The notes: generated from the sequence alone by a model not told the origin. 64,000 nt of DNA from Eledone cirrhosa (GCA_964016885.1 OZ024742.1:30876001-30940000), one strand, 5' to 3'. Positions 26,631-39,260 are shown, counted from the stretch's first letter. Made by a program: numbers and translations.

Positions 26631-26846
26631 TCTCCCCTCATTTCACTTTAGGTCCCCAGAATGTAATGACCCTTTTGAGATCCTCCTGTACTATAGGGTA
26701 TTGGATCATGAAGAGAATGATGTGTGTGATAGAAACACAAAAACCTAAGGTTATGCTATATGATATTTGGAAAATGGTCTCACCATAAAATGAAAGTGCA
26801 TTTAATATAGACAGGTGATGGGAGTAACGTGAAAGTGCATATGACC

Positions 26847-27103
26847 AGGGCCGGATTTAATGGGGAGCAATTGCCCCAGGCCCTCTGCAGTGGAGGCGGG
26901 GGAACACCAGCAACAGCCATAGCAATTTATTTGTGCCCTCAGCTGGGGTTTTAGGATGGTTAGAATTTTTGAATTTAATACCTGTATGTATAACTTTTTA
27001 ATTTCAATTACTTGCACTAAGCTAACTTTGATATGTAAAATTGGGAGTTTGCTGTGTATATTGATTTGTGTATGAGGGGCCTCTAAGGTCTAAATCCAAA
27101 CCT
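26847..27103. mobile_element. hAT-type MITE; other copies at about 24392-24607, 33832-34107 and 63110-63200
   Basis: TIR CAGGGCCGGATT...AATCC(aaa)CCTG, an 8-bp TSD catatgac/tatatgac, and shared internal tacctgtatgtataacttttcaatt. Confidence 0.75.
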
Positions 27104-27923
27104 GTATATGACTGGAGGTGAACCTACACTCTCGATGAATGAAGGACAATAGCAGCCACACAGAGCTGTGGAGCGTAAAACATGCACCCAGTACGCCCTG
27201 TAAAGTAGTAATGTTAGTGCCATGACTAAGTGTAACTAGCTAGTGTTGGTGTCACAAAGCATGCACCCAGTACACCCTGTAAAGTAGTAGTGTTAGTGCC
27301 ACAACTAAGTGTAACTAGCTAGTGTTGGTGTCACGAAAGACACACCCTACACCCTTTAAGATGGTTGCAGTTAGGAAGATTATTCAGCTGTAGAAACCAT
27401 GTCAAATATGGAACATAACAAACAAGCTAGTCTGGTCTCAGACCATGACAACTCGTCCAACAACATGTTAACAGGGCTTGACTTTCACCTGCTGAGGCCC
27501 TAAGCTATATGAAATTTGAGGCCCTTTTCTAAAAAATTTTAAAATAATTATACATGATTATTATTTATTAATGATTATAAAATTAAATTAGTTACAAAAT
27601 GTTCTTTTTAACTAATTAATTGATGTATTCCATTTGCTGCATAGAAAAATGAAGTATACTTTTTAAAATGATCCCCTTGTGGGTGTGTAGACCTCAGCTA
27701 TAGATTATTTAGCTTATAGATAAGTCCAGCATTGTATATCAGAGTGGACAGCCCAGGTAAAATGACGATGATGATGATATCTACCAGTTAAATATATATA
27801 TATATATATATATATACATACATACATCATACTTAATTTTGAATATTCATTTATCAATATGTCACATTGTACTACATAATATATCTATAGACTTTATATT
27901 TAGACAGATGTAAACACCTTGTC

Positions 27924-27973
<50 letters not shown>

Positions 27974-28314
27974 TGCATTTTTCATTGTGTCGCTATCACC
28001 TAACTTATTGTGATTACTTTGAGTGGTAGTTTATTAACTATTCTCTCATTGAGTGGTTTGTAACAACCTCCGAAAATTGGATGCGAAGCTTCAACTTCAG
28101 TTATACTTATTACTATTATCATTAAATTATTATATATATATATTAATCAAGGTTAATTAGTCTCTAATACTCAAACTTCTCTATGAGAGGAATCACTTAG
28201 AGAAGCAATATCATATATTAAATTTAAGTGAGAAAAAACTCTATTTATGGTAGTACAAACCAGACAGACAAAAAAATATTTTATCTAAACTTGTTTATAT
28301 AAAGATCTCCTTAC

Positions 28315-28325
28315 CATGGTTTCAT
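28315..28325 (-). CDS. Probable first coding exon of the MYORG-like gene (ATG AAA CCA TG|gtaag); the exon probably begins near 28413 as 5'UTR
   Basis: A phase-2 donor GTAAG at 28314 matches the phase-2 acceptor at 22889, giving MKPCTVEDV. A candidate acceptor tattcAG lies at 28416-28414. Confidence 0.65.
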
Positions 28326-29086
28326 TTGCAGAAGAATTCTTATTGGAACCACCAAGAATTGAAGAATTCTTCCACAAACGAAACCAGTGTATATATATAG
28401 ATTTTAGTAAACACTGAATATATAGACATATGTAAACATTTTGTGTGTATAAACACTGTTTAAGTGGACAGAAAGAGGGATAAACTTGACAAGTTTCAAT
28501 CCAGTGTTGGGGTTACACCAGCAGCTGCGTACTCTGTTTTATGTCCATGGAGGCAGTGAAACAATATTCCAACTGTTGTCTGTGATGAGAGGGTGGAGGA
28601 GGTAGAGGAGAGGGTGGTAGAGCAGAGGAAGAGAGGATAGAGGTAGAGGATAGGAAGAGAGGATGGAGGTAGAGGAGAGGAAGAGAGGATGGAGGTAGTA
28701 GGAGAGGAAGAGAGGGTGGTGGTAGAAGAGAGGAAGAGAGGGTGGTGGTAGAGCAGAGGAAGAGAGGATGGAGGTAGTAGGAGAGGAAGATGGAGGTAGA
28801 GGAGAGGAAGAGAGGGTGGTGGTACAAGAGAGGAAGTAAGGATAGAGGGAGTAGAGGAGAGGAAGAAGGAGGGAGGTGGTAAAAGAGAAGAGAGAAAAGT
28901 ACCAGGAATTGGTGGAGGACTCTTGCAGGAATGGGTAGAAGACTAGGTCTATGCCAGTGGAGGTTGGCAGCTGAGGGTTGGTAGCTCATTCTCTTAGCAA
29001 AGCCTACATAACTCTGGGAATTTCAGGAGCAAGTAGGAGGAGAGCCATCAGGAACAATGTGGAAGTAGCAGAGAGGACATCTAAAT

Positions 29087-29634
29087 CAGCGGTCACCAAC
29101 AGGTGGTCTGCGGAAAATGTTGGTGGTCCACATAAAAATTTGGACATTATTTGCAATTTTTATGTTTTATTAATAATAAAACATAAATAATATTCAGTTA
29201 AAATATATTTTATAACACCCCTAAAAAAATGTTTCTCCTCAGTGAAGAACTAACATCCATGAAAGAATTTTACACATATGTGTCATCTATCGACAATCTG
29301 ACACACGTACAGAATTGTTTCGACCATTGACCATTAACCCTTTAGCATTTATATTACTCTATATATACTATTATATTTTCATGGTAAAGGCTTTACCTCA
29401 CATAATTATCTTACATAATATCGAATCTATGAGATTTTGATATTTATTTTGTGAACGATACCTTAACATCAATATGAGTGGCTGGTTATGGCCAGTTTGA
29501 ACAGAAAGAGGTGAGAGAATTCTGGCCGGTTAAAGCTGGTTGAAATGCTAAAGGGTTAATTCATATTAGCGGTCCACGGGATTTAAAATTGTGAATTTAG
29601 TGGTCTGTGAGGTCTGAAAGGTTGGCAACCGCTG
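29087..29634. mobile_element. hAT-type MITE
   Basis: TIRs CAGCGGTCACCAAC / GTTGGCAACCGCTG and an 8-bp TSD atctaaat/atctagat. Confidence 0.85.
29338..29555. mobile_element. piggyBac-type MITE nested in the hAT MITE; other copies at about 41325-41668, 61698-61835 and 36207
   Basis: TTAA|CCCTTTAGCATTT...AAATGCTAAAGGG|TTAA. Confidence 0.9.
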
Positions 29635-29857
29635 ATCTAGATGGTTTTGGCCAGTGCTGGATTTACCATTGTTCTTAGGTGAGTTTAAGCACAGGGCCCT
29701 GTTGGCCAGGGGCCCATCTTCCTGCCAAAAAATGTTTCTACAATGAATTACCTCCTTCAGGGCCCAAGTATCTGGAACTGGTTATGGCTGAAGAGAAGTG
29801 ACCAGTGGGGTCAGTAGTGTATGTTACTTGGACATAGACTAAGGTTTGATTAACCTT

Positions 29858-30210
29858 GGTTGGGTCACATGGATGAGAGTGACTATGCTGAAAGACCTGA
29901 AATATCCAATGACTCTAGGATACAACATTGATGATGTGTCCTGTAGTTGGGTGACTTGGATGAGGGTGACTATGTTGTAAGACCCTCTGAAACATCCAGT
30001 GACTCAAGGATACAACATTGATAATATGTCGTGTAGTTGGGTCACTTGGATGAAGGTGACTATGTTGTAAGACCCTCTGAAATATCCAGTCTCCAGGATA
30101 CAATACTGATGATATCTCCTGTAGTCGGATCACTTGGATGAAGGTGGCTATGTTGTAAGACCCTCTAAAAGACCCAATAACTCCAAGATACAACACTAAT
30201 GACGTATCCA
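29858..30210 (+). repeat. Four ~88-90-bp tandem units from the RLE element 3'UTR
   Basis: gttgggtcacttggatga.ggtgactatgttgtaagacc...tgaaa.a.cca.tgactc.aggatacaaca.tgatgatgtgtcc repeated four times. Confidence 0.85.
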
Positions 30211-31110
30211 AGGTTTTGCATCAGTGGATGTGTGAAGAACACAAGATATGGCCGACAATAATATGAAACTGAAATGAAACGAAAATCGCTAGTAAAATAA
30301 AAGTTAAGCTGTCTCATTGAAGTTGCAGAGAAGCCGGTATATTAGGGTGGGGGGTTATTGAGAAGAGACGGAGTGTTTTTGGCCAAGAAGTTGGATAGTG
30401 TCTGAAGAGTGGCAAGCTTATGGTAATTTCAAAGAAATTACCAGGGTCTCTAAAAGAAATTTTGCAAGGTGGTATAAGACCCCTTTGGGGCCTGAAGCAG
30501 GCAAAGATTTTTCTGAAAATAGATGTTGTATGGTTGCTGTAGGACCTTCTTAGCTCTTGGGCCTCGGAACAAAGTACCGGCTAGACCCCACTCTCACAGG
30601 CGGTGTTTGTGTGCTCATGGACAAAACTTAACTTTGCAAACCTCAACAATCCGAATTATTACATTCACAGAATATTGAACATTCAGAAACAATAGAGAAA
30701 TGATTATTGTTCCATGTTTTTCTTTTTTATTCGGCCCGATTCACTAATTAATTCTCTCTCTCTCTCACACACATAAGTAAATTTGTCAGGATATACATAA
30801 CATCTCAATAAAAAGAGGTCGCTAAAATCTCATTCAGAGAAGCAAATACATATAGAACATCTTATATAAAATCACAGAGGGGTAGATTACTGTAGAAGCA
30901 TCTTTCCCTAGAGATAAAAAATTATCCTTACAGCAGTTTCAAAATCCTAAGATTAATATATAATCTCTCTCTCTCTTTCTCTCTCTGGGGGTTACCAGTT
31001 TAGGACTAGTAAGACCATTGTTCAGCAAAGTACTCAATACTTGGGAAAGTCGAGAATATGTATTGAAAAAGGTTAGTGCCTGACAGCTGAGCTCACGCCG
31101 TTTCGACGGT

Positions 31111-31162
<52 letters not shown>

Positions 31163-33022
31163 GCATATATAACATATCTGCATATCACACGTATTTAATG
31201 TTTGGAAAGTTGAATAATGAACAAGTCAAGTTGGTAATTATTTACTTACAACTATACACGCTACACAATATATTGAGTACTTTCTTATTTCGTTTATATA
31301 CAACTGACCAAACTATCTTTAAAAAAAATGAACAACACATCCTTCCTCATTACGACAACTTAAAAAGTTTGATTGCTCAGCTCAATATAAACACATTTCG
31401 TGTTAAGATATAATGAAAAATTAAAGAAAACAATACCCCCTTTTCTAATTACTTAAAGTGTACCCTATCTTCAGAATCACTGATTTAACCCCTAAAAATA
31501 AATAAAAACGATGGGACTGGCATAACAAGAAACAATTTGTTAATGAACGGATTAAACATTCGTTGTTATGTAAACTGAAATTATATTTAATATAACATGA
31601 TACAACTATTAAGTTGAATAAAAGTTAACACTGAACACAATATACATGTAACAAATATAGGAGATTATGTATTAATTTTCTTTTAAAATATTTATAACTA
31701 TGATAACAACAACTAGATTAACTGTTTCTGGTTTAACAATAATAACAATAATAGTAATGACCGTAATACTATAACAATAAAAATAGTAATAACTATAATA
31801 ATAATAAAAGTTTCGATCAATGTTACAAGGCCATGTTGGGAGAAAGTTAGTAATGTATGTTGAATGAATAACATTCATAATATTCCAGTTATTTAGTACA
31901 CAGGCTAGATGTAATAAAACAGACCTAGGATTAAATCTATCCCAGCCATAATATGCCATTTATTTAAAGTACCCAGGGCAGATCTAACGAAGAGATTTAG
32001 ATTTAAAGCCATGCATATCCCCTGTTACTTTTGTATATCAATAACTACATTGTCCAATCTAATCTATTGAAGACGGTAGGGTGTGATTTTGAATTGAAAT
32101 GTTTGGCTGCTATGTCTAGCGAGATCTACGACCAGTTAGAGGTACTCTCTTGTTGGATAATCAGTTTTAAATGTATTAGCGGTGTCGTTACATCAGATAC
32201 GAAGACTGGGTGTTTGGATTCGCTAGTGAGTGAGTGTGTACAATCTGTTCCATCGCTCCCTCTCTCTGTTCCATAAAGACACTGTATAATGGAACTAAAC
32301 AAGAAAACAACAAGAATCGTTCGACCTACTAGAAACAGCAGCTAAATTCCCCTCAAATCACACCCTATTTTCTTAGAAAAAAGATGGTATTGTCACGGTT
32401 GGAATGCCTCTCGTCACAAGTCTGCTCGATCAAAATTGACCTTAGGTTAAACAAGTTTCAGTTTACAAGTCCTTTGTTTTGTCATGGTTTTCTTTTCTGT
32501 CTTCCATTTCTTAACTGTTTAAATATAATGTGATATTGCAAATGAGAGGAGTCAATAGCTTTCACTAAATACTATCAATGACGAGGCCTGTATGTGGTTA
32601 ATAGATCTGCTTGAAATAGTAGCAACATCTCTCTCAAATCACACCCGACCGACTAAAAGTGGGCATATATTAGATAATGTAGTTCCTGATAGGCAAAACA
32701 ACGGGATGGTCACGGCTAGAAAGCTGTTGATAATAAGTTTACTGCATTGTGGCTTACTTGGGGATTAAACAACTATTGCTACGAGAGGAACTTCTATGTG
32801 GTCGCTAGAATTACTAGTAATAGCAGCCAAATCCCTTCGAATCATTTTTTCCTGTCTTAAAAATGAACATATTGGATAAGCTTATTCCTGTCTTTAAAAA
32901 AATGACAGGATGACCATGGCTGGATCGTCTGGGATCATAATTGTGCTGGGTATTGGCTGGCCTGGGGCTAAACATTGCTAGAAACAACAAGTAGAATAGA
33001 AGGAAAGATGATGTGAATAACC

Positions 33023-33200
33023 AACTTACTCACTGTTCTTTCTCGTCTCTGTCATATCTCTACTGCAAAACTACATTGGGACAACAAAACGACAAGGTAC
33101 TCGCTCTGACGTCACACACATACACACACTATAATTGCCTTTCTCCCCCTACTACTCCCTCTCCTCCTTTACTTCCTACATCGGACAAATTTGACTTGTT
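33023..33200 (-). promoter_or_regulatory. Candidate promoter or first non-coding exon of the MYORG-like gene, with a CRE palindrome
   Basis: Strong minus-strand donor GTGAGTAAGT at about 33032-33023 and a perfect TGACGTCA at 33107-33114, both in unique non-repeat sequence. Confidence 0.3.
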
Positions 33201-34329
33201 TAATAGTTTTTAAAGCTTTTTTTTTTGTAATGATTGTTGTTGGTTTCAGTAATTTTTCTTTTTACAATGGTAGGAGAGAGAGAGATAAAGTGAGAGAGTG
33301 ATGGAAGAAACAGAGAGATAGATAGAATGATAAAAGAAACACAGAGATAGAGAGATAGAGAGTTAGAAAAAAGTGAGACAAAGAGACAGGAAACAGATCG
33401 TAATTTTTTATATTTATTTTTTTCAAATTTGTTTTAGTAAAAAACAATGATTTGATTACAAAACTGCAGTTTGTTGTCAACTAGAAGTATCATTGTAACT
33501 TAATATAACTTAATATAACTCTTATCTGTTAGGTTTCTAAAGATTTATGTCTCAGCTGGGCGGAATATTTAAAAGTTTATTTGTTCATAAAAAAAAACCC
33601 AGCAAAACATCTGCAAATCCAAGTATGGAGGCGGATTTGATTGAAAAAAATGTAATGTTTTTTTTTTTTTAAAAGTAATGCTGCGTTTATTTAGTTATGT
33701 CCCTTTACGATTTGAGTTCGAATCAAACCAGATTTTTTGTCTTTTAGGGGCTTTATAAAGTAAGTACCAGTAATATTACTGTTAACCATTTTATCGACTA
33801 TATCTAAAGCCGGACTATCACCTGCTGAGGCCAGGGCCGGATTCAATGTGGGGTAGGGGTGGGTGGGGTCAATTGCCTCTGCATGGGGCCCACGAGCGAC
33901 GGCCTTAGCAAATTATTTGTGCCCTCATTTGGGCCTTTTAGTTTTAGGATGGTTAGAATTTTTGAATTTAATACCTGTATGTATAATTACTTGCGCCAAT
34001 CTAACTTTGATATGGAAAATTGGAGGGTTGCTGTGTATTCTAATTTTTTGTGTATGAGGTACCCCACAAACCTAAAGTGCCCCCCCCCCCCGTCTAAATC
34101 CACCCTGGTTGAAGCCCTAAGTTATATGAAATTTGAGACCCTAATTTTTGATGATTTAGTGTTAAAGAATAAAACCTGATAAAATAAAAATATATTTTAA
34201 AAAATGAGGCCCCCATCAGGGTGTGTGGCCCAAAACTATAAGTTATTTAGCTTATAGGTAAGTCCAACACTGACTATATCTTCATTCCCACAAAATGTAT
34301 GGATTTCTGACATTGTTGACTGAGTAAAA

Positions 34330-35012
34330 CTGGTGATAGGCCCAGGACAGATGTGATATGACACCCCTTACCCTACTATCCCAGAAGTTGATAATAGGCC
34401 CAGGACAGATGTAAATGTAGCCCCCGCTACATCCCAGAAGCTGGTATTAGGCCCAAGTTAGATGTAAATGTAGCCTTCCTCATTACATCACAGAAGCTGG
34501 TATTAAGCCCAAGTTAGATGTGTAATGTAGCCTTCACCCCCTCCAAATTGCTGGCCTTGTACCTAAATTTGAAACCATTGGCAGAATCAGTAGAGCATCG
34601 GACACCATGCTTTGCAGCATAGAGTTGTGGCCTTTTTCTTTCTGAGTTCAAATCCCACCGAGGTTAGCTTTGCTTTTCATCCTTACAGGGTTGATAAAAT
34701 AAAGTACCAGTAAAACACCGGGATCGATTTAATCGACTTTCCCCACCCTTGAAATTGCTGGCCTTGTGCCTAAATCAGAAACCATTATTATTCAGTTTTG
34801 CAGAATTGGTAGAGCGTCGGACAAATTTACTCAGCAGTATTTAGTCACGGCCCTTTAAGTTCTGAATTCAAACCCCATTAAAGTCAACTTTGCCAACTTT
34901 GATAAAATAAAATACCAGTTTAGTACTGGGGTCAATATAATCAAGTTTCTACTCCCCCCCCCCTCCTTCCCACAAACAAAATTGTTGGCCTTGAGCCTAA
35001 ATTAGAAATCAT
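34330..35012 (+). repeat. ~48-bp minisatellite followed by tandem MetaSINE-like SINE copies
   Basis: gaagctggtattaggcccaagttagatgtaaatgtagcc units, then SINE head and core motifs. Confidence 0.75.
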
Positions 35013-35205
35013 TAATGGAGAAATGCTGTACAGAAAAGGACCCATCCAACCCATGCATGTGTGGAAAAATGACTGTAAAAATGACAATGATGATGATGAT
35101 GATGTGGGTGGAGGGTTAATATAATAGTAAGAGATGAGGAGAGTGGGAGGGATGGAGGCAGTGACAGTGGGAATTTGGTTCCTTTGTGTTCAGACCTGGT
35201 GTATA

Positions 35206-35385
35206 TAATAATAATGAAATGATTGTGTACAGTGCTCAGGTGCACTACAACTCATCAAAGGTGAATGTATAGTACATAGAATAATATACAAATGTCAGGG
35301 AAGTGAATAGTGTATGAGTCATGATATACATGTGTGTGTGTGTATGGAGGGGGAATATTAGGTGTAGTGTTGGCGAATCTCAGAA
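35206..35385 (-). mobile_element. CR1-type LINE 3' end flanked by a ~76-bp direct duplication
   Basis: Matches about 48240-48420. Flanks 35130-35205 and 35391-35467 are similar to each other. Confidence 0.8.
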
Positions 35386-36312
35386 TCGCCAGAGATGGGG
35401 AGGGATGAAGGGATGGAGGCAGTGACAGTAGGAGTTTGGTTCCTTTATGTTCAGACCTGGTGTATATGTATATGTTTTACAGACACACACTCACACTGAG
35501 CTTGATATATATAAAACCATTCATTAAAGCAGATGTTTAGATGAGTTGATAACACAACCATATAAAAGTAAAGAATAATTCAAAACTCAATAGAATACCT
35601 TTGATCCAGCTCTCTATGTTCTGGGTTCAAATCCTACTTAAGTCAATTTTGTCTTTCATCCTTTCAGAGAGTTGATAAAATAAAGTACCAATATAGTACT
35701 TGAGTCCATTTAATGCCATCTGTCCCTCAAAATTGCTGATCTTGTGCCTAAAACATCCCAACAAAAACCTCACCTAATACATGAAAACCACAGTTTATCA
35801 CTCATAATTGCCATTACTTGGGTACCTTTCCAGAAGTCCTGGGCCACTTAGAACACATGAGTCAACTAGAGTATGCCTTCTCTATTTAAGGCCTTTAATA
35901 TCTTGGGTCGAATTTCATCTTCCCCAGAGGCCTTGCCACATTTGAGCTCTTTAATTGCTCTGGTGACCTAAACTTCTGAAAGGTTAGTCTTTGTCCCTAG
36001 ATACACCTCATGTACATCAGAAAATATTGTTGTGATCGGATTTAGGAGATCAACAAAGTCTTTTCTGTACCTCATGAGGATCCCCCTCTCTGCAGAGAGA
36101 AGAACTCCAAACGACTTCCTGATAGCAGTCATAGAGGAGGACTTCTTATTACGAAGTTGGCAGAGGGTCTACCAAAATATTTTCTGATCTAAAGTTGTAT
36201 TCCAGCTTAACCCTTTAGCATTTAAACTGGCTGTACCCAGCCAGAATTTTCTCACCTTTTTCTGTTTGTGAAGAAATATATTAGTTTAATGCTTGATATA
36301 GAAGGAAAGGAG

Positions 36313-36348
36313 TCTTAACGTTTCGGACACTAGTCCTTTATCAGAAGA
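36313..36348 (-). ncRNA. Minimal type I hammerhead-like motif (Penelope terminal relic) with a G8A variant
   Basis: tctt-CTGATAA-a-ggac(tagt)gtcc-GAAA-CG-T-T-aaga. Stems I and II pair. Confidence 0.55.
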
Positions 36349-37577
36349 TAGAATGAGAAATAAAAGATGAAATAGAAAGATAGGGGAGGGTGAGAAGAGG
36401 AAGGAGAAAGAAGTCAATAAATTTGTATAACACGAGAAAATAGAATGGCATTGTGATATTTTACTGAGAGAAAAGTTCATTTACTGATTTGGGATTCAAC
36501 ATTTTTGTACTGGAAAATAGAAATGGTGACTTTTATATATCTACTTACCTACATACATATACACATACATACATACATACACATACATTATATATATACA
36601 TATACGTACATTCATACATATAATCATACACACACACATTCATACACACACACACACATATATATATATATAATGGAGGCACATGGCTTAGTGGTTAGAG
36701 CATTGAACTTGCAATCGAAAGGTTGAGTTCAATTCTCAGACCGGGTGATGTGTTGTTTCCTTGAGCAAGACACTTTATTTCACATTGCTCCAGTTTACTC
36801 AGCTGTAGAAATGAGATGATAGGGACTGGGGTCCATATCATTCCACTGCAAAGTGGTCGTGGAGGTGCCACAGCAAAAAAGCACCCAGCACTCACTGTAA
36901 ATGAGGTTGGTGTTAGGAAGGGCATCCAGCTGTAGAAATCAAGCCAGAATCAGTTCCCGTCCCACCCTTGCAAGCAGGGAAAAAGCGGACGTAAAATGAC
37001 GATGATGATGATGATACTCACTCATACATACTTTCATATACATGCATGCATACATACACATATACATACACACATACATGCCTATACATGCATACATACA
37101 CACACCAATATACACACATACATACACATATACACACATAATATACATATACATGCATACATACACACACATACATGCATACATACATATACACACATAT
37201 ATATATATACATACATACACACACACATACACACACACACACACATATATGCACACATATATATATATATACACATACACATATATATATTCCCTTGTTC
37301 ACTCTCTATTTTTTCAATGTAATTTAACATTTCAGACAAACCTTTTTACATTTTCATTTAATCTCCCCAACCAGAAAATACCATTTGGGGGTTAAAAAGG
37401 AAAGAAGGAATGGAAGTGATGTTAATTTGTGAATATTAAACAACATTGGAGGAGTATTGTTAATTCAGCATCACCATTTAACATCTATTTTCCTTGTTTG
37501 TCATCGTTAGATAATATAATCTTATATGGCATTTGGGCAGATCTAATCACCTGGCATCCACAAAACAGAAACGACAT

Positions 37578-37645
37578 ATCATCATCATCATCATCATTTA
37601 ACGTCTATCTTCCACACTAGCATATATATATATATATATACACAT

Positions 37646-37689
<44 letters not shown>

Positions 37690-38018
37690 ATATATATATA
37701 TATATATGACCGAGATCTCTGGCGATATGCAGTGATACAGAAGACCCGACTTCCCACGAGTACAAGCCGAAGCATATATACAATATATCCAATGGAGCAT
37801 GCTTGCTTTATTTCTCTTCAGTCGTCGCATATCCTCCGCAGTTGCTGCTCATGTCTCACTACCATGCAGCATCGCGCATCTCACACAGTCATCATACAAC
37901 CAACCTTTCGTTCATAGGGAGAAACCCTTCATTAGAAGCAGCTCCCTAAACTTCTTCCATCCTGTCCTTATTCTAGATACTATGGCCTCAAAGCATCCTC
38001 CTCCCTTGCTAATCTGAT

Positions 38019-38022
<4 letters not shown>
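37578..38022. mobile_element. Rearranged RTE fragments in -, +, - orientation, separated by TA runs
   Basis: Tail at 37578-37622 (-), ORF end DRDLWRYAVIQKTR at 37707-37775 (+), and RT C-terminus at 37785-38022 (-). Confidence 0.7.
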
Positions 38023-38080
<58 letters not shown>

Positions 38081-38117
38081 CAGATATGTAGAAATATATC
38101 TTCTGTTTTAAAGACTA

Positions 38118-38731
38118 CTAGCAGAATGGCCCGGCGTTGCTTGGGATTTGCTCTAGGGTTCTTATATATTTGATATATATTTATCCTTATCCTTATTGTT
38201 TATATCTTGTTATTGAGTATGCAAAAATATCTGTACACGAATATATAATTATATATATATATATATATTAAAATAACAGATTAAAGTTTAAGCAAAGAAT
38301 CACTGCTTTCACCCTTAACGGGATCTTCTGAAACTAAAAAAATCAATCTGTGAACACAGAAGTAAATATTTCTAAAAACGTTACACATTATATATATATA
38401 TATACACACACACTATATATACATATATACACACACATATAGCGTCATAATATCGTAATGCAGACAGCTAGACATACAGACAGATATTATAAGGGCGCAA
38501 TGTTATATCTATGTATCTATCTAAAAAGAAAGACTAAGAATTATAGAGAGAGATCGCTAAATCGCCTAATATGGTCCCTAGGGCATTGAAAATTTGAAAT
38601 ACTTTTTGTTAAAAACACTCACAGGACCATAAGTATTACATGTGTAAAGTTTGAAAACAATCGGTTGGGTGGTTCTCGAGTTTTAGGGAGTCAGACAGAC
38701 AGTCAGACATTCTCTGTTTTAGATATATAGA
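38118..38731 (-). mobile_element. Non-autonomous Helitron
   Basis: The minus strand begins TC after A and ends with the imperfect hairpin cccaagcaacgccggg then CTAG before T. (CAGA)n lies near the 5' end. Confidence 0.8.
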
Positions 38732-39109
38732 TAGTATATTTAATCTAACAGCCGATGAATTGGCAGAGTTATTAGAATGTTGGATAGAATTATTTGTTGT
38801 ATTTGTTTCATCTTTCTGAGTTCAAATCCTTGGAAGAACCTAATAAAGGAACCTATACATAATGATGCAATCTCCAGCAAATAGCAGAGACATTTTCTTT
38901 AAATCACATCTTATTTTATAACTTAGCCGGCAAATTGGCAGAGTTGTTAGAGCGTCTGATAGAATCCTTTGTGGTATTTGTTTCGGTTCTCTGCTCTCTG
39001 AGTTCAAATCCTGCTGAGGTCAACTTTGCTTTTCATCCATTCGAGGTGAATAAAAAAGTACCAGTCAATTACTAGGGTTGATTCTTCCTCTATATCTCTT
39101 TCTCACTTC

Positions 39110-39260
39110 CTTTCTCTCACTCTCTATACTTCTCTGGAAGAAATCTGTTGTATTCAGACCTGAAGAGGAGATGGGCTCTATGAGGTTTTAAAATGCCCTA
39201 GAAATGCTGTATGTCAATAAGGTGCCCCTACGACTCCCTCAGGAGTTACAGGACCATAAA
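39110..39260 (+). repeat. Dispersed ~150-bp family; other copies at about 43100-43195 (+) and 63820-63990 (-)
   Basis: Shared ttcagacctgaagaggag...gttttaaaa...gaaac..cgtatgtcaataaggcgt...ggagttac. Confidence 0.75.

Larger units (their letters stand above)
28880..30230 (+). mobile_element. 3' relic of a HERO/R2-group (RLE) non-LTR retrotransposon, split by two MITEs, with a tandemly amplified 3'UTR
   Basis: Removing the inserts gives KYQELVE...PVEVG..G.VAHSLSKAYITLGISGASRRRAIRNNVEVAERTSRWLWLKRSDQWGQ*, which is typical of RLE C-termini. Confidence 0.75.

Noticed and set aside
28513-28989. 158-aa Ser/Leu/Pro-rich ORF
   Set aside because: It is a purine-rich low-complexity repeat read antisense, plus the RLE relic.
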